From Lama glama (taxonomy: Eukaryota), in the NCBI GenBank assembly GCA_028534125.1, contig CM052816.1, forward strand, positions 68,450,001 to 68,514,000: DNA of 64,000 bases, read 5' to 3'. Of the stretch, positions 54,701-64,000 are shown in pieces (position 1 is the stretch's first letter; each line of letters begins with the position of its first letter). The notes beneath the pieces are model-generated. The model was not told the DNA's origin, did no database searches, and saw only the letters and a program-made list of their open reading frames with translations. The position numbers and the translations under genes were made by a program.

Positions 54701-56180
54701 NAGGGGACATAGACTGCAGGGAAAATAACCACAAAATACAACATACACTGGTGTGCAGAGAAGCTTCTACCATGACATCAAAATCTGCTCTGGGGCTTGC
54801 CAGTAATAACTGTGAGAGTGAAAGAATTTAATCCATATATATATATACACATACACAAATTTGTAGTTTAGGGGAACTAAAAATGAGAACAGAAGAAAGC
54901 AGATTAAAGGGGGAAAAGTAGACCATTTTCGAGGAAAGAAGTTCTCTTAGGTGCTGTGAGAACTGGAGTTAGTGCTCAAAAGCACTCTGGCCCACCAGTG
55001 AAAAGCCATGTGGGGAGGAATGTCTTTGATGACTAGAAATGATCTTGAATATTAAATAAAAGTGAGATAATTACAATAAGGAGAAATGGGAAAGAATGAA
55101 CATAATGATGTTTTTCTTCCCTCAAATATTATTTCTATGTCAAGTATGTTCCCTTTGAATAGGACAGGAGAAAAAAAACAGACAGAAGCAGGGAGAATGA
55201 GACTGGCAATAGTTTGGGGAAACAGTCTTAATTGATATATTAAACCTCCACCTTTTTCCAAAAAGGTTTTAATTTGATCAAGTCTAGGTTTGGTTTTGAT
55301 TTTGAGAGTCACTGTTAAGATCAAGTCCTAAATATTTAATGAAGATAGATGATGTATATTGTTTATTATGAATAAAGCTTACTGGTACTAAGCTTCATGC
55401 TTTTACCCACATTCTCATTCAGTGTTCCTAACAGTCTATAAAATGGATGGCCTCCATTCTACACAATAGGAAAATGTGGCTCTGAGAAATTAAGCAACTT
55501 GTTTAAGTCATTCAACTAGTAGACAGCAGAGCAGAGACATGAAACAATGTCTGTAATTCCAAAGTGTATTATGTTATAAAGACTGCATAGATTAGTGGTT
55601 ACCAAACAAAAGCAGCATCTGAATCACCAGGGATGCTTTTTAAATACATGTTCCAGGGCCTTACCCAAATCTACTCAACCAGGGTCTCCTGGGAAAGCAC
55701 TGTTAATTATTGTATTCTATCTTCTGGTAACACTACTCTAGTCTCATTCTTCTTGGTATTCCTCCAAACCAGAGTGTACCTTTCACAGAAATACCTTTGA
55801 CTTCACCAGTGATTCACATTCTCATGAATCTTTTTCTACCATCAATACTTAATTGAATCTGAATAAGGACCTACATGTCCCAAACTGTATATATGGAAGT
55901 GGAGCTTTGATTTTTGACTTGCTCTTTCTACAGTCCCCTTCTTCTCAAGGTAGCACAGCATTCAAAAGCTGCACTTTATAGATTAACTAAGGCAGGTGAA
56001 AAAAGGCCAAAAATTAGGATGCCTGAATTCTTCACTAAGGCTCTGGCTATAGCTACTTTATAAAACTAGTTTTAAACAAATTAGAATTGGAACAGACTAA
56101 GATACTTAATCTCAGTTTCTCTTTAACATGTACTCTGGACATTAAATTTTTAAGTCACTACAAAAAAACACTGAACTTAC

Positions 56181-56231
56181 CTCTCCAGGAACCAGAGCTA
56201 TCACCTTCTTCAAACTTGTTATTTGGAAAAC
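56181..56231 (-). CDS. DDX4: DDX4 exon 6 (51 nt)
   Basis: (G)FPNNKFEEGDSSGSWR(E); tatag acceptor, GTAAGT donor. Confidence 0.93.
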
Positions 56232-57943
56232 CTATATAAAATATAGAATTAAACTTGCAAATTTCTCAAAACAACAATTACCTGTACTTCTGCAGTGGAA
56301 GGAAGAAAGGAAGGGAGAGAGGGAGGAAGAGAAGGAAGGAGGGAGGCAGAGAGGGAGAGAACACCTTACAGGGACTTCTAATCACAGTGCCCCTTTACAA
56401 CAGGATAAACCACGTACAATTTTATATAAAAATACTGAATTAGAACTCACGAAAGTTGTATTAAAATTTCTGCCTTATGTCAGTTCATTCAGGTTAAAAT
56501 CTCAGCCAATGTTATATTACCTCAAGTGTTGTATATTCCTCTATATGTACATGGGTAAAACATGGGTATAAATATCACTATAACCCCTATGTACTTTCTA
56601 TTCAAAATACCAAAATTTTTAAAAATTTTATAAATTAACTTGCAGTCTCTTCATCTGCTAGAGGATAATACAACTAAGTTGTAATTCAATGTTCAGTAGT
56701 TTTTCCCTTCTCAGTAACAAGGATATTCTTCCTACTTCTATTTACAAAAAAAAAAAAAAACCTCTCATCAGACTCTGCTTTCAAATTTCTCATTTAATAA
56801 AAGCATGTATCTAGATTTATGCATCTCTGGGCATATAGATATCTCTAAAATTAAAAGTATCCATCAGTAATATTTCATAAAATTTTTAAATGTTGAGAGT
56901 TAATAAAATGATCTTTACTGGAGAGATATTCAGGGAATAATATAACTTAAAATTAAATGTTAATATACAATGCCTATCAATTAGTATCTAATCTAAATAA
57001 TATTAAATATTGGCTTTCAGTACTATAGAGACTAATCAATTACTGTTTGACAGATGTTTGATTTATATGCAAATGTCTACATATCAAGTCATTTAACATC
57101 TCAGGTTCAACAAAACCTAATGTCCCTTCCAGCATTAAACTCTATAGAAATTTAATACACAATTAGCATATAAAAAAGTAAGTATCCTATAGCCTCAATA
57201 TATGATTGGATGACAATTTTTCCCTTGAGCAGATACTAATTTCAAAATAAAGATATTCCCTACAGAAAGAGTATGTATCACAAAACCTAGGTTTTGAGTT
57301 ATTTTATCCATTTCATTTGCAGTCTTTCAAGTTGGTTCAGAAAAGGATTATATTCTACTGCCCCCTACAATTGCCTCTTTCTCTCCATACATCTCTCCTA
57401 AAAAAGGTAAGTGCCAGGTTTCCAAAATGCTTGGGAAAATCTTCCACTTACACACTATTGGTCTTGATCTTAAACTCTGCTTAAGTTCTAATCTACAATT
57501 TTTAAAGTTTCCATGGAAAAAAATGTAATTTCAAAGCATCTACTGGTTCTTTGTTCAAGGGAAGATGAAGACTCAAATGCACCCTTGCAATTATAAGACA
57601 GATCTCTTGTTTGGGTGGCAGGCAGGGGAAGGAAGTCATGAGTACACAAGAAAAGAACTGGGGGTCACCTGCGGGGTAAATCAGTTTGAAGAGATGCTGC
57701 AGCAAGTAGCATGGCTATTTAAGAAGAGGGAAAAAAATCTAAACAGAATAGCAAATACGCCCAAAGTAGCATAAACTACTGCTCTAAACTATGACAAGGA
57801 AAGTGAAAGCAGTCCCTTGTGATCCGTATAAATTCTCAGGAAAGGTACACACTTTCTATGTACATTCAAGGGACATAGAATTCAAACACTATAAAACTTG
57901 AGGTCATTCAATTTTTGACTGTAAGATACCATAAGCAGATTAC

Positions 57944-58021
57944 CTCTGTTTCCAAAACTCTTTCCAATTCCAAAACCCCCCACTGTAGACATGTTTTCTC
58001 TTTTATTAGACTCGCCAGGAT
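57944..58021 (-). CDS. DDX4: DDX4 exon 5 (78 nt)
   Basis: (D)PGESNKRENMSTVGGFGIGKSFGNR(G); tttttcag acceptor, GTAATC donor. Confidence 0.95.
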
Positions 58022-60599
58022 CTGAAAAAGTTTAGATAGAGTTAAAACTCTTTTACATATAAAATTAAGTGTATCATCAAAAACTACAAAAATTAGGAAT
58101 TAAATGAATCTTTGGAGTAAGGGGACTTCCAAGGATGGGGAGAGAGCAGTAAAGGAACTTATAAAGATATAATATACCTGCAACTTCTTTTCAAAAATTA
58201 TAAAATTATAATATCAAGGTAAAAACAAATTGACTATTGGTGAAATGCAACCGTCTATTAGTTATTTTTCTAGTGACCTTTAATCAAGAAATTCAACTCT
58301 CTGATTTTCTGTATTCTGAAACTTTACCCTGATAGAAGCAGTTATTTACATTACACCCCTGTGTGAAAGTCACAGCTATTGAAAATGTTATACTCTTGTA
58401 CTATTTTTAAAATTATTCTATTTATTATTTATTCATTTTTCCAATACTTAAACTGCTCTCAATCTTTCCACTTATCAAATTAAAATTAGGAAGGGACTAC
58501 ATAACAAAGGGAAAAAGGGTATGAATACCATTCCCCTTCACCTCCCACCCCTCACAGTATTTCCCCACATTAGCCTTCTTAGCTTTAGCTCCCACTACAC
58601 AACTCTGAATACCCAACATTTTAATTCATACCAAACAACTTCCCATACATTGTGAACTTACAGTATTCTCTACCTTCCTACATGCTGCTCCTTCAGACTG
58701 ACATTCCCTACTTTCATATTTTTCCTAGCAAAATTCTTTTCACTCTTCCAAAGCCCAGTTCAAAAGTCACCTTCTTTGTGAAGTCCTACTTCTGTCCTCC
58801 AGCCATTATCAATCCTTCAGCCACATTCTGACAGCACACTATGTATTTCCCCTTTTTACGAATATTTCTATGTGTTTCTATACCATTAAATTAAGAACTT
58901 TGAGAGCAGACACTATGGCAAAGAGCATGGTTAATTTAAAACAAAAAATTAGAAAAGACATCCAAAACATCATGAACTGCTCCTTTAAACTATCACTGAG
59001 AAAAATTAAAACACTGTCTTATAATCCTCATGAATTGTCTTACCTATCTCTGTAATATCCTAACACAGAGAAGTTAAGAAATCTGTAAAACTGCTAAAGC
59101 CATGTGCAAAAAATGTGTATAAGCAACTATCAGTATTTTCATCAGATTCTAAAGAAATGTGTGATTCAAGAAGTTAAGGCTTTTTAGGTAATATTTCATA
59201 GAACATGAAAAGCTAATCAATGTTAAACAATCTAGAATCAATTTCAAAACCACATTACTTGATACGTCAAGTTCCGAGAAAAAAATATCATAGATATTGA
59301 AACTGTTAGATGAATTATACAGGAAAAATATTCATGAGTTTATGAATTTCCTGGATTATACATAAAGTACTAACATTTTTAAAGTACTAACATTCAACAA
59401 AGAGTTTTGATCAGAAGTTTAATGTAATTCAACCTACAACATATGGAATTAACAATCTGTAGTAAAATCTGTCTCAGTGATGGTTTTCTCATTTAAAAAG
59501 GTTTTATTCAACAATGTTTACAAGTCTACATCAAAAAGTATCACATAACCCATTCTAAAATAGAACTTTAAAATATATCTAAATATTAAATAGTTCCCTG
59601 AATATAATATTAAGATATTTATTATTTCTAACATTAGTTGTAGCAAACAAAATCCACACTTGAATCTCTTAGCACAACTCTACGGTCCAAATAATCAATG
59701 CCTCTTACTTAATAAGCAGCTTAAAAAACAAAATATATATGCATATTTAAAGAATAAATTATTTCCATTAGTAGTAGGAACATGTTAAAATATAAAATTC
59801 ACATTTGCGTTAATTGTATCTAAAAAATTAAGTTTTCCAAATATCAAATGAAATACCACACAGCAACTTTTTTCCAATGAATAAAAAATTGAGAAAATAT
59901 CAATAAAGTTAAAAAGTTATTAAATTCAAGAATAAATATCATGTATACTTAAAACTACCAATTAACCCTAGTTTATGGCATCCCATGTAAGAAATGAACG
60001 GATTTTTAAATAAATTTAATATGAGGTTCTAATAATAATTATTCTGTTGCACTATAATAAAACATAGTACAGAACAGTTTCAGCATTTTAATATCAAATC
60101 TAAAAATGGACTGTAGGAAGGTATTCTGCTGTGTCATTATCTGCCAAATCTAGTGCTGCTGGTTCTAAAAATAACAATAAGAAATTCCAAGTTTGGGAAA
60201 TAACCTCTTAATACAAATGAGCTAACAGAACTGCTTCTCATATTGCCTTTTCTTGAGAAACATAAAATTAGGAAAGAGGTCCTTTGCACCCTAATATCTG
60301 AAGCTTGTACAAACATTCTCCCATGCCAACTATTGGAAATCAATAATCAACACATTAAGAAGTAGCTCTGTGAAGCAACTATCTATAATCAATCTATCTA
60401 ATCAATTTAACTATTTCTTATTGTCCCAAAAAAGTAAAACAGCAAAAAGACTGACATTTTTTAAAAAATGAATTCATTATTCCCAAAGTCTACTGTACAC
60501 GAAGTTATAATAGTTTAAGCTTTGCACTAAGTAGCCATAAATGCCTCTATTCATTCTACTATTCAACTATTTGACAGAAGATTAAGGAAAGATAATTAC

Positions 60600-60677
60600 C
60601 TCTGTTTCCCAAACTCCTTCCAGAGGCAAACCCACTTCTCATGAAATGATCTCTTCGAGAAGATCCATCATCCATTT
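60600..60677 (-). CDS. DDX4: DDX4 exon 4 (78 nt), N-terminal disordered region
   Basis: Translates (E)MDDGSSRRDHFMRSGFASGRSLGNR(D), matching the VASA N-terminus; ttttag acceptor, GTAATT donor. Confidence 0.95.
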
Positions 60678-60959
60678 CTAAAATAAATAACATCTGAAGC
60701 AAGTCAAAATAACAAAAAATATCTTGGTGGTATGCAAACTTTAAGCCTTTTCAATGTGCCATCCATATGGCAAAGGAGGGATTTTATGTAGAAGTAAGGA
60801 AAATAAATACCCTACCAGTAAATTGGGTTATGAATAAAAATAGGTAGTTCTCCAAAAGAAAAACAGTGACTAAACCTCACTTACAATTAAAGAAATTGGA
60901 AATCAAAAGAAGGATATAATTTTTCTCAACCACGACTTACTGGAAAACAGTTTGCTAAT

Positions 60960-62110
60960 ACTGAGAACAGTCACCTACAGAAAACAAACTAGTGGTTTCC
61001 AGATGGGAGGGGGTAGTTATGAGATATGTGAAGGGGATTAAAAGATACAAACTACAAGTTATAAAATAAGTAAGCTACAGAGATGTAACTTACATCATAG
61101 GGAATAGAGTCAATATTTTATACTAACTTATTATGGTTTGTAATCTATAAAAACATCAAATTGCTGTTATGAACCTGAAACTAACATTTTAAGCCAACTA
61201 TGCTTCAACTTTTAAAAAATTAGAAATTATTAAATACCAAAAAAACTTGTTTAAAACCCTCTTATATTTGGAAATACACTTTTAAAACACTTACCTATAA
61301 CACAGCTCAAAGAAAAAAATTGCAGTGGAACTTTAGAAATACTTAGAATTCAATAATAAAAATGTTATACATCAGAACTTAAATTTCTATGTAAGAAAGA
61401 ACTCAAAATTAATGAGCTAATAAGCAGCCATCTCAACTAGTAAGAATGTTAGAAAAACAACAAAATAAATCACTTAAGAGTAAAGATGGAAAAAAATGGT
61501 TAAGAGCAGCAATTAATAAAACAGGAAACAAATATATAACAGTGGCTCAACAAAGCCAAAATCTAGTCCTTTAAGATATCAATAAAGACTTGCCAGAGTG
61601 ACAAATCACTAGAAGTCTGATGGGGGTGGGAGGAAGGAAGAGAAAGAAACAAAACAAAACAAAACAAAACAAAACAATGGGAGTTGCTGTTCTGTGGGTA
61701 GAAAGTTTTGGTTACCTAAGATAAAAAAAAGTTTCTAGAGTTCTGCCGTACAACATTGTGCTTGTATTTAATAACAACACTGTACTGTACACTTAAAAGT
61801 TTGAGAATAACTCTCATGCTCTGAGCTTTTTATAAAAAAAAATCATCACAAACTACCTTGTACTACTACATTCAAAACTTAAACAGAAAAGTTCCAAGAA
61901 AATTAACTTACCAAAACTGATTCAAGAAACAATAAAAACAAACCAAACTGTCCTATAGAAACTGAACCACTACTTACATCTCTGGATCATATGTAAATAC
62001 AGTTTCACAGGTGAGTTTTACCACACTCTCATAGAACAAATCATTCCAATGTCATAAATTTCTACCAGGAAATAAGAAGAGAAATTATTCCCTAACTGAT
62101 TCCACAGGAC
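60960..62110 (+). mobile_element. Cluster of older L1 fragments
   Basis: L1 3' ends at ~60960-61220 and ~61670-61840 within degenerate A-rich ORF2-like sequence. Confidence 0.65.
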
Positions 62111-62112
62111 CA

Positions 62113-63960
62113 ATGAAAATGGAGTCTACAAAAACAGATGGAAAGATATATCATGCTGCTGGACTGAAAGAAATCAATATTGTTAAAATGACCATACTAT
62201 CCAAGGCAATCTACAGACTCAATGAAAAATCTAACAAAATATCAAGGGCATTTTTCACAGAACAAAAACAAATAATTTTAAAATTTGTATGGAAAAACAA
62301 AAGATCCCAAAGAGCCAAAACAATCTTGAGAAAGAATAACAGAGCTGGAGGAATCACACTCCCTGACTATACTACAAAGACTATACTACAGACTATACTA
62401 CAAAGCTAGAGTAACCAAAACAGTGTAGTACTGGTACAAAAACAGACATATAGATCAATGCAACAGGATAGAGAGCCCAGAAATAAACCTACTCACTTAT
62501 GGTCAATTAATCTACAACAAAGAAGTCAAGACTATACAGCGGAGAAAAGATGGTACCTTCAATAAGTGGTCCTAGGAAAACTGGTCAGCTACATGTAAAA
62601 GAATGAAATTAGAACATTCTCTAATACCATATACAAAAAAAACCTCAAAATGTATTAAAGGTCTAAATGTAAGACAAGATACTATAAAACTCTTATTAGA
62701 GGAAAATATATCAAAAGCATTCTTTGACATTTATCACAGCAATATTTTTTTGGATTCATCTCCTAGAGTAATGGAAATAAAAACAACAACAACAAATGGG
62801 ACCTAATTAAAATTAAAAGCTTTTGCACAGCCAAGGAAACCATAAACAAAACAAAAAGACAATCTATGGAATGGGAGAAAATATTTGCAAATGATGTGAC
62901 TGACAAGGGCTTAATTTTCAAAATATACAAACAGCTCATACAGTTCAGTATCAAAAAGCAAACAACCCAATCAAAAAATGGACAGAAGACCTAAACAAAC
63001 ATTTCTCCAAAGAAGACATAATTGGCCAACAGGCAAATGAAAAGATGCTCAACATTTTTAATTATTAGAGAAATACAAATCAAAACTACTAGGTATCTCC
63101 TCACACTGGTGAAAACAGCCATATCAAAAATTCTACAAATAATAAATACTAGGGAAAGTGTGGAGAAAACAGAACCCTCCTTCACTGCTGGTGGGAATGT
63201 AAATTGGTGTAGTCACTATGTAGAACAGTATGGAGGTTCCTTAAAAAAAACTAAAAATAGAGGTACCATATCATCCAGCAATTCCACTCCTGGGCATATA
63301 TCTGGAAAAAAATGAAAACTCTAATTTGAAAAGATACATGCACCCCAATGGTCATAGCAGCACTATTTACAATAGTGAAGACACAGACAGATGAATGGGT
63401 AAAGAAGATGTGGTATCTATCTACATATATATTATATATTTACTTAAATATTATTTATATAATTTATTTATATATTATATATATAAATACACACACTGGA
63501 ATATTACTCAGCCATAAAAAATGAAATAATGCCACCTGCAGCAACATGGATGGATCTAGAGAGTATCATACTAAGTGAAGTCAGTCAGACAAAGACAGTT
63601 ATCATATGATATCACTTACATGTGGTTTCTTAAAAAATGACACAAATGACCTTATTTACAAAACAAATAGATTCACAGACACAGAAAATAAACTTATGGT
63701 TACCAAAGGGGAAAAAAGAAGGATAAATTAAGGAGTTTGAGATTAACAGATACACACTACTATACACAAAATAGATAAACAACAAAAACAGAAACAACAA
63801 AGATCTACTGTATAGCACAGAGAACTATATTCAGCATCTTATAATAATCTATAATGGGAAAGAACCTGAAAAGAATATATATATGTATAACTGAATCACT
63901 TTGCTGTACACCTGAAACTAATACAATATTGTAAATCAACTATACTTCAATAAAATAAAG
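62113..63960 (+). mobile_element. 5'-truncated L1 (ORF2 3' half and full 3'UTR), antisense in DDX4 intron
   Basis: ORFs INIVKMTILSKAIYRLN..FFTE..ILKFVW..RAGGITLPD and MANRQMKRCST; tail gctgtacacctgaaactaatacaatattgtaaatcaactatacttcaataaaa. Confidence 0.95.
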
Positions 63961-64000
63961 GCAAGATCTTAGAATCAACAGCAATTGTTTTAAGCTCAAG

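Noticed and set aside
53946..54773. Long ORFs of 185-275 aa
   Set aside because: Artefacts of translating through the N gap
62365..62404. Triplicated gactatactaca
   Set aside because: Local slippage inside a dead L1; no evidence of function

Overview
Eukaryotic (mammalian) genomic DNA, very probably a camelid (alpaca/llama/camel), judged from three copies of a camelid-type (Vic-1-like) tRNA-derived SINE. Two genes lie on the minus strand in the conserved DDX4 -> IL31RA order. (1) The germline DEAD-box helicase DDX4/VASA: 15 coding exons were read directly with GT-AG boundaries (exons 4-6 and 11-22 by human numbering as I recall it, 60677 to stop 33581), plus the 3'UTR. Exons 7-10 are not visible and most likely fall in the 499-N assembly gap (54202-54700). 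(2) The 5' end of IL31RA: a non-coding exon (11306-11545) and the signal-peptide exon (ATG 6230, MWAWALWMLPLLCKSGLA); the rest lies left of the window. Most of the remainder is interspersed repeat (L1, MLT/ERV LTRs, MIR, L2, Tigger/hAT elements); repeat family names are from recalled consensus sequences and boundaries are approximate unless a TSD is quoted. Nearly all ORFs in the supplied track are repeat-derived or spurious. I found no convincing wholly new biological system. The most interesting signals concern IL31RA 5' regulatory architecture: an orphan CpG island with GC boxes and a strong splice donor pointing toward IL31RA, a young sense-oriented solo ERV LTR ~1 kb upstream of the start-codon exon, an Ets/IRF/GAS motif cluster, and lineage differences in upstream starts relative to human.
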